A stretch of DNA of 64,000 bases. It comes from an uncultured delta proteobacterium. GTDB taxonomy: Bacteria > Desulfobacterota > WTBG01. The position numbers were made by a program, and so were the translations under genes. Shown piece after piece: positions 1 through 8,572 of the stretch (position 1 is its first letter; every line of letters starts with the position of its first letter). The notes beneath the pieces are model-generated. The model did no database searches, was not told the origin of the DNA, and saw nothing but the letters and a program-made list of their open reading frames with translations. The DNA lies in the NCBI GenBank assembly GCA_963751515.1, contig CAVVUR010000013.1, positions 132,829-196,828 on the forward strand. Direction: 5' to 3'.

Positions 1-446
1 GCGATGGTGTCGAGCTCGAACAGGCGGGGGCAGGCGGTGCGGAAGAAATTGGCCAGCGACTCATCGCTTCCCCATTGCCGGGCCAGGATGGAGATATTAT
101 CGAAGACATAGTAGAGACGCTTCCCATGTTCTTCCATCACCTCCCTGACGGACCGGTAGAAGTATTCGAAACCCTGGGTGGGATCGATGGAGACCACCTT
201 GCAGTGAGGGGTGATCACCGGGATGCTGTAGGTGTCAAAGTTGATATAGACCAGCTCAATATTCCTGGCGGCCGCGTCTTCAACAAAGGGGCCTACCAGC
301 CAGGAATATTCCAGGGCGGTGGTAACCTGCCACACCACATTGTCGCCCCATCGCAGGCGGCCGACCAGTTCATCGATAACCGGAACACCGGTGCTGGGAT
401 CAACCGTATACGTCTCCATGCCCTGCTCCCCCTGAATTTTGCTCAT
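1..446 (-). CDS. hypothetical protein, N-terminal part (gene runs off the left window edge)
   Basis: The minus-strand frame is open from ATG (446..444) to position 1, 148 codons: MSKIQGEQGMETYTVDPSTGVPVIDELVGRLRWGDNVVWQV...FRTACPRLFELDTIA. It is missing from the ORF track only because it is truncated. Track ORF 75..500(+) is its antisense shadow. Family not recognised. Confidence 0.5.
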   Translation of the reverse strand, partial: MSKIQGEQGMETYTVDPSTGVPVIDELVGRLRWGDNVVWQVTTALEYSWLVGPFVEDAAARNIELVYINFDTYSIPVITPHCKVVSIDPTQGFEYFYRSVREVMEEHGKRLYYVFDNISILARQWGSDESLANFFRTACPRLFELDTI

Positions 447-485
447 ATTGATTACATCCTGTCACGCCTGAAACAGATAACAGCC

Positions 486-1487
486 TTACGGCGCGGTTAA
501 TTCCCAGTAGGGGATCAGCCGGTTGAATTCGAGCAGCCCCTTCATGGCGGTATTCTCGGTGGCAATACCTGATTCTTCCACCGCCGCGATGGGGTTTAAC
601 CCGCCGGCAACAATCATGCCCACCCTTCCTTCCGATACCGGTATATCGAGAAGCGGACGGCCGGGTTTGCCGATCATTAAAATGCCGCCCAATCCCATCT
701 TGTCCATTCTATTTTTTATTGTTTCAACTTTCGAGATCGCTATGGAGGGAATTTCCCTAAAGCTGGCGCCGATCTTGCCGTTGCCGGTTATCGCCGCCTG
801 GCGGACGCTGGTCATGCCGCCCTTGATAAAAATTTCCAGCGGATCGATGGAGGAACCATCATAGGCGATGATTTCAGTAAAACGGAACGGGCGTCCGTTT
901 ACCAGCTCCAGAAGGCCCCCGAAGCGGGATGTGGCATGGATGCCTTCCTTTAACAATATCCCGTTGATGGTGACACTGCAAACGGTACCGATGCCCACCC
1001 GGTTTTCTTCCATGGCTATGCTTCCGATTTTTTCCCCGGGGCGTCCTAATGCTACCAATGTCCCCATACCCAGGGCTGCTCTATAGACCAATTGTATTTG
1101 TTGCAGCGCTTTGGCAAAGTACTCCTTTTCAATGGAAGATATGTTGACGATAACATCTCCCCTTAATTTTTTATAGAGAAAATTCATTTGATAGGTCAGG
1201 GTATCAATTTTTGCCGATACAAATCCCACCTTTTCAATGACAAAGGCGGTTTTCAGCTCGGATTCACCTTTCGCGGTTATCTTTCTGCCCCTTTTCCCAA
1301 AATTATGGGTAAGGCCCTCCTGATCCAGTTTCTGGAGATAGTACCGGACGGTTCTCTGGCTGAGATCAACCCCGAAATCCTCTAATTTCTTTGCAATCCT
1401 GGTAGCTCCCAGGGTCTTGCCGGCAGATTGCAGAGTATTGAGAATTGACATGCTTATTTTTCTTTGGGACATTTTGTCCACTGCCAT
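486..1487 (-). CDS. nrpR: NrpR-family nitrogen regulatory repressor (winged HTH + one NrpR/DUF128 domain)
   Basis: 333 aa. N-terminal wHTH (LGATRIAKKLEDFGVDLSQRTVRYYLQKLDQEGL) followed by a roughly 260-aa region that I recognise as the NrpR/DUF128 fold of methanogen nitrogen repressors (short NrpRI-like form). AAGGAGG lies immediately before ATG 1487 with very short spacing, so ATG 1472 is an alternative start. Confidence 0.75.
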   Translation of the reverse strand: MAVDKMSQRKISMSILNTLQSAGKTLGATRIAKKLEDFGVDLSQRTVRYYLQKLDQEGLTHNFGKRGRKITAKGESELKTAFVIEKVGFVSAKIDTLTYQMNFLYKKLRGDVIVNISSIEKEYFAKALQQIQLVYRAALGMGTLVALGRPGEKIGSIAMEENRVGIGTVCSVTINGILLKEGIHATSRFGGLLELVNGRPFRFTEIIAYDGSSIDPLEIFIKGGMTSVRQAAITGNGKIGASFREIPSIAISKVETIKNRMDKMGLGGILMIGKPGRPLLDIPVSEGRVGMIVAGGLNPIAAVEESGIATENTAMKGLLEFNRLIPYWELTAP

Positions 1488-1542
1488 ACCTCCTTGACTA
1501 TGGAGCCTTCTTATATCAAAAAATCCAAATTGTCAACCATAT

Positions 1543-1556
1543 AGGCAAAATTGCCT
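1543..1556. promoter_or_regulatory. palindrome AGGCAA-N2-TTGCCT in the nrpR/gdh divergent intergenic region (candidate operator)
   Basis: ATATAGGCAAAATTGCCT. The same ATATAGGCAA half-site recurs at 1663. No binding protein can be assigned from sequence. Confidence 0.3.
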
Positions 1557-1614
1557 TGTTTTAAGTAATAGATTATGAGGGGCAAAAAAAATAATTATAA
1601 AAAATTTTTATATA

Positions 1615-1643
1615 TTGACAGATAATCGAATTAATGATAAAAA
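1615..1643 (+). promoter_or_regulatory. candidate sigma70-type promoter for gdh (TTGACA-17-TAAAAA)
   Basis: TTGACA at 1615..1620, 17-nt spacer, TAAAAA at 1638..1643, in an AT-rich stretch about 90 nt upstream of the gdh ATG. Confidence 0.3.
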
Positions 1644-1662
1644 TTCCATCCGTTTTGTATAT

Positions 1663-1677
1663 AGGCAAGGTATTGCC
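1663..1677. promoter_or_regulatory. palindrome AGGCAA-N4-TTGCC (second candidate operator, downstream of the candidate gdh promoter)
   Basis: TATATAGGCAAGGTATTGCC shares the ATATAGGCAA half-site with 1543..1556. Confidence 0.3.
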
Positions 1678-1731
1678 GATACAAGGTTTAAACTATTGAT
1701 CAAAAGTTTAATCAAAAGGGAGGTACGATTT

Positions 1732-2979
1732 ATGGCAAAAACTAACCCGTTTGCAATGGCACAACAACAATTAGACGCGGCCGCGGAAAAACTGGGGCTG
1801 GAAAAATCGGTTCATGAATTCCTGCGCTGGCCCATGAAGGAAATTAAGGTGACCCTGCCGGTACGGATGGATGACGGGTCCACCAGGATATTTCACGGCT
1901 ACCGGGTTCAGTATAATACCGCCCGCGGTCCGGCTAAGGGCGGATTGCGATGGCACCCGGATGAAACACTGGATACGGTACGCGCCCTGAGCGCCTGGAT
2001 GACCTGGAAAACGTCGGTGGTTGATCTTCCGCTGGGCGGCGGTAAGGGTGGTGTCACCTGTAATCCCAAAGAGCTGTCCGACAATGAAAAAGAGCGCCTG
2101 GCACGCGCATACATTCGTGCCATATGGCAGAACCTGGGCGTGACCAAGGACGTGCCCGCGCCCGACGTCTATACCACCCCGCAGATCATGGCCTGGATGA
2201 TGGATGAGTACGAGACACTCGCCGGCGAGCATCATCCCGGTGTGATTACCGGCAAACCCCTGCCTGTCGGCGGTTCCGAAGGGCGCGGCGATGCTACGTC
2301 CCGCGGCGGCATGGCTGTAACCAGGGAAGCGGCAATGCGGTTGAACCTTGACCTCAATGGCGAGACCATGGCCATCCAGGGTTTCGGAAATGCCGGTCAA
2401 TATGCTGCAACGCTCGGGAATGAACTGCTCGGCCTCAAGCTGATTGCCGCGTCAGACTCCAAGGGCGGCATTTACAGCGATAAGGGCATCAATCCCCAGG
2501 CACTGGTAAAGTATAAGCTGCAGAACGATACTCTCCAGGGGTTTCCCAATACCGAGCCCATAAGCAATGAGGAGCTCCTTAAGCTGAAGGTTGCCGTTCT
2601 TTTCCCCTCCGCCCTGGAGCAGGTTATCACCGAGCGGAACGCCGGTGAGATTAAATGCAAGATCCTCTGCGAGCTTGCCAATGGCCCCACGACACCGGAA
2701 GCGGATGATATTCTCTACCAGAACAAGGTGTTTGTTCTCCCGGATTTTCTGGCCAATGCCGGCGGTGTCACGGTTTCATACTTTGAGCAGGTACAGAACA
2801 CCTACAATTATTACTGGGAACTCGACGAGATTCATCAAAAGCTCGATGTCAAGATGACCAAGGCCTTCCAGAGCGTCTATGCCATGAGCCAGAGAGAGAA
2901 GATCAACATGCGCCAGGCCGCGTACCTGGTTTCGGTCGCCCGGGTAGCCGAGGCATGCAGATTGCGTGGCTGGGTGTAG
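1732..2979 (+). CDS. gdhA: glutamate dehydrogenase (Glu/Leu/Phe/Val dehydrogenase family)
   Basis: 415 aa from ATG 1732 with GGGAGG upstream; the track ORF begins further upstream at TTG 1615. Motifs: [18 protein letters not shown], Rossmann GFGNAG. Confidence 0.9.
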   Translation: MAKTNPFAMAQQQLDAAAEKLGLEKSVHEFLRWPMKEIKVTLPVRMDDGSTRIFHGYRVQYNTARGPAKGGLRWHPDETLDTVRALSAWMTWKTSVVDLPLGGGKGGVTCNPKELSDNEKERLARAYIRAIWQNLGVTKDVPAPDVYTTPQIMAWMMDEYETLAGEHHPGVITGKPLPVGGSEGRGDATSRGGMAVTREAAMRLNLDLNGETMAIQGFGNAGQYAATLGNELLGLKLIAASDSKGGIYSDKGINPQALVKYKLQNDTLQGFPNTEPISNEELLKLKVAVLFPSALEQVITERNAGEIKCKILCELANGPTTPEADDILYQNKVFVLPDFLANAGGVTVSYFEQVQNTYNYYWELDEIHQKLDVKMTKAFQSVYAMSQREKINMRQAAYLVSVARVAEACRLRGWV

Positions 2980-3018
2980 CATAACCACTCGTTTTTAAAA
3001 TGGTAAATTGAGTGCTGG

Positions 3019-3050
3019 TAAAAAGGTCAGGAGTATTTCTTGACCTTTTT
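3019..3050 (+). terminator. intrinsic terminator after gdh
   Basis: AAAAAGGTCA-ggagtatttct-TGACCTTTTT stem-loop running into a T tract, 40 nt after the gdh stop. Confidence 0.6.
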
Positions 3051-3150
3051 ACATGGTGCTGCACTACGAGACAGCGTTTCGTGCCTTTGCCGGGTTGGCT
3101 GAGAGTTTACAAAGAATTTACACTGCAGAAATGATCCCGAAATAATTATG

Positions 3151-3164
3151 GGATATATATTTCC
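3151..3164. promoter_or_regulatory. NrpR-operator-like inverted repeat GGAT-N6-TTCC upstream of glnA
   Basis: GGATATATATTTCC matches 7 of the 8 specified positions, with the same spacing, of the methanogen nitrogen operator GGAA-N6-TTCC. It lies 56 nt upstream of the glnA ATG. Confidence 0.35.
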
Positions 3165-3219
3165 GCAACAGATGGATGGATGGAGCACTCATTACAACGC
3201 CGGCAAAGGAGGATTGAAC

Positions 3220-4551
3220 ATGGAAAAGAAAGATAAAGAGTATGTGTTGAAGATGGTCAAGGAACGGGATGTGGGGTTTATAAGGCTCTGGTTTACCGAC
3301 ATACTGGGATTCCTGAAGAGCTTTTCAATCACCCCTTATGAACTTGAGGGGGCGCTCAATGAAGGCATGGGGTTCGACGGATCTTCCATTCAGGGGTTTG
3401 CGCGGATTGACGAAAGCGACATGGTAGCCCTGCCTGATCCAAATACCTTTGCCATCCTGCCCTGGAGGCCGAAGGAAAAAGCTGTCGCCCGCATGTTCTG
3501 CGATGTTATTGAGCCGGATGGCACACCTTATAAGGGCGACCCGCGGTGGGTGCTGAAGAAGAATTTGAAGAAAGCGGCTGAAAAGGGTTTCACCTTTTAT
3601 GTCGGTCCGGAGCTGGAATTTTTTTATTTCAAGAGCTCTGAAGGTGTTCCACAGGTTTTGGATCGCGGCGGCTACTTTGACTTGACCCCGCTCGACGTGG
3701 CAAGCGACCTCCGGAGGGAAACCGTGCTTACCCTGGAAGAGATGGGCATACCCGTGGAGTACAGCCACCATGAGGTTGCTTCTAGCCAGCATGAAATTGA
3801 TCTGCGCTACGCCGATGCGCTTACCATGGCTGACAATGCCATGACCTACCGGCTGGTGGTGAAAGAAATTGCGATGAAACACGGGGTGTATGCCACCTTC
3901 ATGCCCAAGCCGATGTTCGGTGAAAATGGCAGCGGCATGCATGTGCACCAGTCTCTGTTTAAGGGCGATACCAATGCTTTTTTTGATGCCGAGGACAGGT
4001 ATCACCTGTCCCCAGTGGGGAGAAGCTATTTAGCCGGACTGCTGCTCCACGCCCGCGAGATGACCCTGATCACCAGTCAGTGGGTGAACTCCTACAAGCG
4101 CCTGGTGCCGGGCTATGAGGCCCCGGTTTATATATCCTGGGCGCAGAGAAACAGATCTGACCTCATCCGCATACCGGTCTATAAACCGGGCAAGGAAAAG
4201 GCGACCAGGCTTGAGTACCGGTCTCCCGACCCCGCCTGCAATCCCTATTTAGCCTTTTCCGTCATGCTGGCAGCGGGCCTTGACGGCATTGAGAAGAAGC
4301 TGACCCCGCCCCCGCCCATCGAGGAAAACGTCTATGAAATGACCCCCGAGAAGCGGACGCGGTTAAAGATCGGAACGCTGCCGGAGGACCTCTGGGAGGC
4401 GATTAAAGTTGCTGAAAAAAGCACTCTGCTCAAGGAATGCCTGGGAGATCACGTGTTTGAGAATTTTATTGAAAATAAAAAGATCGAGTGGGACAAGTTT
4501 CGCGTCCAGGTTACCAATTATGAGCTGGATCGCTACCTCTCAATTTTATAG
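3220..4551 (+). CDS. glnA: glutamine synthetase, type I (short, I-alpha-like form)
   Basis: 443 aa from ATG 3220 (AAAGGAGG upstream); the track ORF start 3148 is an upstream extension. Motifs: FDGSSIQGF, NGSGMHVHQS, EYRSPDPACNPY. Confidence 0.92.
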   Translation: MEKKDKEYVLKMVKERDVGFIRLWFTDILGFLKSFSITPYELEGALNEGMGFDGSSIQGFARIDESDMVALPDPNTFAILPWRPKEKAVARMFCDVIEPDGTPYKGDPRWVLKKNLKKAAEKGFTFYVGPELEFFYFKSSEGVPQVLDRGGYFDLTPLDVASDLRRETVLTLEEMGIPVEYSHHEVASSQHEIDLRYADALTMADNAMTYRLVVKEIAMKHGVYATFMPKPMFGENGSGMHVHQSLFKGDTNAFFDAEDRYHLSPVGRSYLAGLLLHAREMTLITSQWVNSYKRLVPGYEAPVYISWAQRNRSDLIRIPVYKPGKEKATRLEYRSPDPACNPYLAFSVMLAAGLDGIEKKLTPPPPIEENVYEMTPEKRTRLKIGTLPEDLWEAIKVAEKSTLLKECLGDHVFENFIENKKIEWDKFRVQVTNYELDRYLSIL

Positions 4552-4756
4552 ATGTTTCATGAAAAGTGGTGTAACCTTTAACGGCCCTTGACAGGGGCGA
4601 TGACAATGGGCTGAAAATGTACGGCGTCCTGTAATTGCATGAGAACGTGCTCATGGTGGAAGCAGATGGTTCCGTGAAGCAATCTTATCTTATGCTGTGT
4701 GATAGGATTGCTTTACTGCTCTCACTTATAAGGGAGGTGAGCCGCGTTCGATCTCC

Positions 4757-5194
4757 GTGGTCGTGAATACCATGTATAAAAACTTCAAGCTGAGAATAAC
4801 CATATTTCATTGCATCAATACCTTCAACGGCGCTATGGCCATGCCACGGGGCGAAGACGACGACATCGAGCTGAACCTCATAAAGCTCCCCTGCTCCAGC
4901 ATGGTGAAAGATGTTTTTCTGCTGCGGGCCTTTGAGGCGGGTGCGGACGCGGTGATTGTCCTGGTGTGTCCCGAGGGGGCATGCCGCTACGTGGAGGGAA
5001 ACCTGCGGGCCAAGAGACGGGTGCAGCGGGTGCAAAATGTGCTTGATGAAATCGGCCTCGGGAGCAGGAGACTGTCTCTTTTCAACGTCGCCCCGGGAGA
5101 TGAAGCGGCGGTTGCCGGGATCATACAGGAGATGCGGGCGGAGATAACCGCCCTGGGGCCCAATCCTGCGCACTACATCAGCAGGCTGGCGTAA
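4757..5194 (+). CDS. mvhD: MvhD/FlpD-like hydrogenase iron-sulfur subunit-type protein
   Basis: 145 aa. LPCSSMV...GADAVIVLVCPEGACRYVEGN pattern typical of the methyl-viologen-reducing hydrogenase delta subunit family. Start is GTG 4757 or ATG 4772. Confidence 0.7.
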   Translation: MVVNTMYKNFKLRITIFHCINTFNGAMAMPRGEDDDIELNLIKLPCSSMVKDVFLLRAFEAGADAVIVLVCPEGACRYVEGNLRAKRRVQRVQNVLDEIGLGSRRLSLFNVAPGDEAAVAGIIQEMRAEITALGPNPAHYISRLA

Positions 5195-5253
5195 GGTTGC
5201 AGCCAAGCTGCGGCCGCAGCCTGACCCCGGCTGCATTGACAGAGGAGTCTATC

Positions 5254-5922
5254 ATGATCGTTGGTGAGCAGAAAAAAATAGCCGAAATCAAGGAACTGGT
5301 TGAGCCGTACCGGAAGATTTTAATCCTGGGGTGCGGCACCTGTGTCAAGACCTGTTTTGCCGGCGGCGAAGACGAGGTGGCCACCCTTTCCTCCGCCCTG
5401 CGGCTCGCGCTGAGCATGGAAGGCAAAGAGATTGCCGTGGAGGAACTGACCGTGGAGCGCCAGTGCGAGGACGAATTTATCCAGGAGGCGGCAGAGGCGA
5501 TTTCCCGGAACGAAGCGGTGCTGTCTCTTGCCTGCGGCGCCGGCGTCCAGGACATCGCCCGGACGTTTCCGAAGGTGCCGGTGCTGCCCGGTGTCAATAC
5601 CACCTTCATCGGCATTCTTGAAAAACACGGGCTTTTCACCGAGGAGTGCCTGGGGTGCGGCGATTGCAAGCTCGCCATCTTTGGCAGCGTGTGTCCCATA
5701 GCCCGCTGTTCCAAAAAACTGTTGAATGGTCCCTGCGGGGGATCCAAGGACGGCAAATGCGAGGTTGACCCTGCCATCGATTGTGCTTGGCAGCTGATTA
5801 TCGACCGGATGAAAGAGCTGGGGCAGCTTGGCCGTCTTAAAAGCTATGTTGAACCCAAGGACTGGCGCCGGAGCAACGCAGGAGGCCCGCGAAAACTCGT
5901 GAGACAGGATCATATCGTATGA
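5254..5922 (+). CDS. metV: methylene-THF reductase C-terminal-domain protein (MetV-like)
   Basis: 222 aa from ATG 5254 (GAGGAG upstream). Cys-rich signature CPIARCSKKLLNGPCGGSKDGKCEV. ATGA start/stop overlap with metF. Confidence 0.75.
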   Translation: MIVGEQKKIAEIKELVEPYRKILILGCGTCVKTCFAGGEDEVATLSSALRLALSMEGKEIAVEELTVERQCEDEFIQEAAEAISRNEAVLSLACGAGVQDIARTFPKVPVLPGVNTTFIGILEKHGLFTEECLGCGDCKLAIFGSVCPIARCSKKLLNGPCGGSKDGKCEVDPAIDCAWQLIIDRMKELGQLGRLKSYVEPKDWRRSNAGGPRKLVRQDHIV

Positions 5923-6869
5923 GCACGCCAACAGCACCCATAAGCAATCTGCAGAACCTGTTGTCACAGGGAGAATTTGTCGTCACCGCTGAATGCGGTC
6001 CACCCCGGGGGGCCGATGCCGATGCCGTTGCCAAAAAGGTCGCATACCTCAAAGGCTTCGTTGACGCGGTAAACGTGACCGATAATCAAACCGCGATCGT
6101 GCGCATGTCCAGTATCGCCGCATCCACCCACCTCCTGCAGCAGGGGGTGGAGCCGGTCATGCAGATGGTCACCCGCGACCGCAACCGCATCGCCCTGCAA
6201 TCGGATATCATGGGGGCCTATTCCCTGGGCATACGTAACATTCTCTGCCTGTCGGGCGACCACCAGAGCTTTGGCAGCCAGCCCGATGCCCTGAATGTCT
6301 TCGATATCGATTCCCTGCATCTGATCCGGGCGGTGCGCACCATGCGCGATGAGGGAAAGGACATGAGCGGCTTCGAGCTGAAAGGCGCTCCCCGCATGTT
6401 CATCGGGGCCGCCGAAAATCCCTTCGCCGATCCCTTTGAATACCGGGTTATCCGGCTGGCAAAAAAGATTGATGCCGGTGTTGACTTCATACAGACGCAG
6501 TGCATCTATAACATGGAGCGCTTCAAGGCTTGGATGAAAATGGCCAGAGAAGAGGGACTGACCGAAAAGGTGCACATCCTGGCCGGCGTGACCCCCCTGA
6601 AATCGGCGGGGATGGCGAGTTACATGGCGCACAAGGTAGCGGGGATGGACATTCCCGAGAGCCTGCTCAAACGGATCGCCGACGTGCCCAAGGAGAAGGC
6701 GTCCAGGGAAGGCATTGCCGTATGCCTTGAGACTATTGAGGAACTCAAGACCATACCCGGGGTGCGCGGCATTCATATCATGGCCATCGAGTGGGAGCAA
6801 AAAGTGGAAGAGATTGTCAGGGCCGCGGGACTGCTGCCCCGACCGGCACAGGCACTAACAGGTTGTTGA
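5919..6869 (+). CDS. metF: 5,10-methylenetetrahydrofolate reductase (acetogen-type MetF)
   Basis: 316 aa, recognisable MTHFR family sequence (VNVTDNQTAIVRMSS, DFIQTQCIYN). The last codons and the TGA stop (6867..6869) lie inside repeat element R1. Confidence 0.88.
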   Translation: MSTPTAPISNLQNLLSQGEFVVTAECGPPRGADADAVAKKVAYLKGFVDAVNVTDNQTAIVRMSSIAASTHLLQQGVEPVMQMVTRDRNRIALQSDIMGAYSLGIRNILCLSGDHQSFGSQPDALNVFDIDSLHLIRAVRTMRDEGKDMSGFELKGAPRMFIGAAENPFADPFEYRVIRLAKKIDAGVDFIQTQCIYNMERFKAWMKMAREEGLTEKVHILAGVTPLKSAGMASYMAHKVAGMDIPESLLKRIADVPKEKASREGIAVCLETIEELKTIPGVRGIHIMAIEWEQKVEEIVRAAGLLPRPAQALTGC

Positions 6870-7144
6870 AAAATTATTTTTCCTCAGGCTGTTCAAGGGC
6901 TCAAGGGGGAGGGGCTTTTTAGCCACAACAAAATTATTCTGAACCTGTAGAACGGCAGCATCTCTTTAACTTTGTCCGACAGACCCGCATGGCAACAGCC
7001 GTATCGAAGCCTCTGCAAAGCTGCCTGTCTTCGGTTTAAGTCGAAGGCACCGGGTCGTGCCGTAAGTCGACAAACAAATTGTTGTGGCGTCAAAAGCCCC
7101 TCCCCCTTGAGCCACAAATCAGATGGGTGTTTTTCAACAGCCTG
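6859..7144 (-). mobile_element. family-1 type B element R1, full copy with both outer box extensions (non-coding, MITE/REP-like)
   Basis: Box CAGGTTGTTGAAAAA (6859), second box CAGGCTGTTCAA (6885), arm GGCTCAAGGGGGAGGGGCTTTTTAGCCACAACAAAA, about 145-nt core, arm TTGTTGTGGCGTCAAAAGCCCCTCCCCCTTGAGCCAC, extension AAATCAGATGGGTG, box TTTTTCAACAGCCTG (ends 7144). Homologous to 10152, 39256, 53948 and 62654. Confidence 0.85.
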
Positions 7145-7158
7145 CCAGGGAGTTTGCG

Positions 7159-8565
7159 ATGCCCAAGAAGTACCATATTGCCATAAAGACAACGCCGCCC
7201 CGGTTCAATCCTGTTGGCAAATACGCGACGGTTGAGTTTCGCGAAAACTGCGCGGGAAGCTGCAGGGAGTGTGTCAAGAAAAAGTGTGTCTATGATATTT
7301 TTAAAAATAATTATAGCTACATGAGCAGCATGAAGGAGCCGGAATACCGCTATACCTGCGAAAGCTGCTTCCGCTGCGTGCAGGAGTGCACCAAGGGGAT
7401 TTTCTCCCGGGTGATCAATCCCGAGTACCGGACGCTGGGCGACGGCTACTTCAGCCCGGACATTGTTCACCGCATCTGGTACCAGGCGCATACCGGCAAG
7501 ATCCCCGTTTCCGGCGCCGGTTACCGCGGCCCCTTTGTGGGACCGGGGTTCGACTCCATGTGGACGGACATGTCCGAGATTGTCCGGCCCACCCGCGACG
7601 GTATTCACGGGCGGGAGTATATCAATACCTGCATCGAGCTCTCCCGCCGGGTGTCCCGCCTCAGATTCAAAGAGGATATGAGCATTGACATGGAACTGCC
7701 TCCCATTCTGGAAATTCCCATTCCCATCCTGTTGCAGCGGCCGAACTTCGGGGTTTTCAATGAGAAGGTCTTAATTGCCATGGCGCTAGCAGCGAACGTT
7801 CTGGGCACCATGATGTTTGTAAAGCCTGAAGACTGCACCGGGGTGCTTGCTTCCTACGCGGCCAATCTCATCCCCTGCCTGAGCAAGTCCACCTTCAGCA
7901 GGTACACCGGCCTGATTCAAAAAAGCCGGATGGTTGAGCTGGGCTATGAATCGGGGATTGAGGAAACCATGGCCGCCCTGCGCGCCATGAAGCCGGATGT
8001 GATACTCTCGGTCGGCGTCCCGCTCGATGAAAATGCGGCGGGCCGGGCGGTTGATCTCACCCTGGCCGATGCGGACACCATCCACTTCTATGCCGACAAC
8101 CACGGCAATGAGCAGACGGCTCATAATCCCCGCTTTTTAAAAGAGATGATCAGGGAGATCCATCTCGCCCTGGTGGAGAAGTCCATCCGGCAAAAGGTGA
8201 AGCTTATCTTTACCGGGGGTATTGCCATGGCTGAACACGTTGCCAAGTCGATCATCTGCGGGGCCGACGGCGTTACCGCCGATACCGCGCTGCTCATCGC
8301 CCTGGAGTGCCGGGTGTGCTACCGGTGCCAGAAGGGCGAGCCCTGCCCGGTCCGGCTTGACGATTTTGATCCCTTCTGGGGCCGCCGGCGCATCACCAAC
8401 CTCATAGCCGCCTGGCGCAACCAGCTGATCGAGGTGATGGGTGCCATGGGCATACGTGAAATGCGCAGGCTTCGGGGAGAAGTCGGCCGTTCCATGTGGT
8501 TTGAGGACCTGGAGCGGGAAAGCTTCGGGCCGCTGTTCGGTGAAAGGAAAGTAAAGGGGCTTTAG
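7159..8565 (+). CDS. glutamate synthase-related Fe-S protein (divergent GltB FMN-domain paralogue)
   Basis: 468 aa from ATG 7159; track start 7123 lies in the repeat. N-terminal Cys clusters (CAGSCRECVKKKC, CESCFRCVQEC) and a GltB-like C-terminal segment GGIAMAEHVAKSIICGADGVTADTALLIALEC. I cannot find the EFKxAQGAKPGxGG loop that is present in the next gene. Confidence 0.65.
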   Translation: MPKKYHIAIKTTPPRFNPVGKYATVEFRENCAGSCRECVKKKCVYDIFKNNYSYMSSMKEPEYRYTCESCFRCVQECTKGIFSRVINPEYRTLGDGYFSPDIVHRIWYQAHTGKIPVSGAGYRGPFVGPGFDSMWTDMSEIVRPTRDGIHGREYINTCIELSRRVSRLRFKEDMSIDMELPPILEIPIPILLQRPNFGVFNEKVLIAMALAANVLGTMMFVKPEDCTGVLASYAANLIPCLSKSTFSRYTGLIQKSRMVELGYESGIEETMAALRAMKPDVILSVGVPLDENAAGRAVDLTLADADTIHFYADNHGNEQTAHNPRFLKEMIREIHLALVEKSIRQKVKLIFTGGIAMAEHVAKSIICGADGVTADTALLIALECRVCYRCQKGEPCPVRLDDFDPFWGRRRITNLIAAWRNQLIEVMGAMGIREMRRLRGEVGRSMWFEDLERESFGPLFGERKVKGL

Positions 8566-8572
8566 CTGACCG

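Noticed and set aside
75-500. 141-aa + strand ORF at the left edge
   Set aside because: It lies antisense to a better, edge-truncated minus-strand ORF (1..446) that follows nrpR in the same direction. Its sequence looks like shadow translation.
4658-4673. GGAAGCAGATGGTTCC (GGAA-N8-TTCC) between glnA and mvhD as a second NrpR operator
   Set aside because: The spacer is 8 nt rather than the 6 nt of the characterised operator. It is a single occurrence and could be chance, so it is mentioned only as context.
7090-7608. Recurring peptide motif LLKNTHLICGSRGRGF at ORF ends. It also occurs in 12786..13178, 29166..29348 and 53811..54005, and in the N-terminal extensions of ORFs 7123, 10275, 13163, 39286 and 44680.
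   Set aside because: The motif arises only because different spurious frames read through the same DNA repeat (family-1 arm or box). Copies carry frame-breaking indels, so it is not a protein family.
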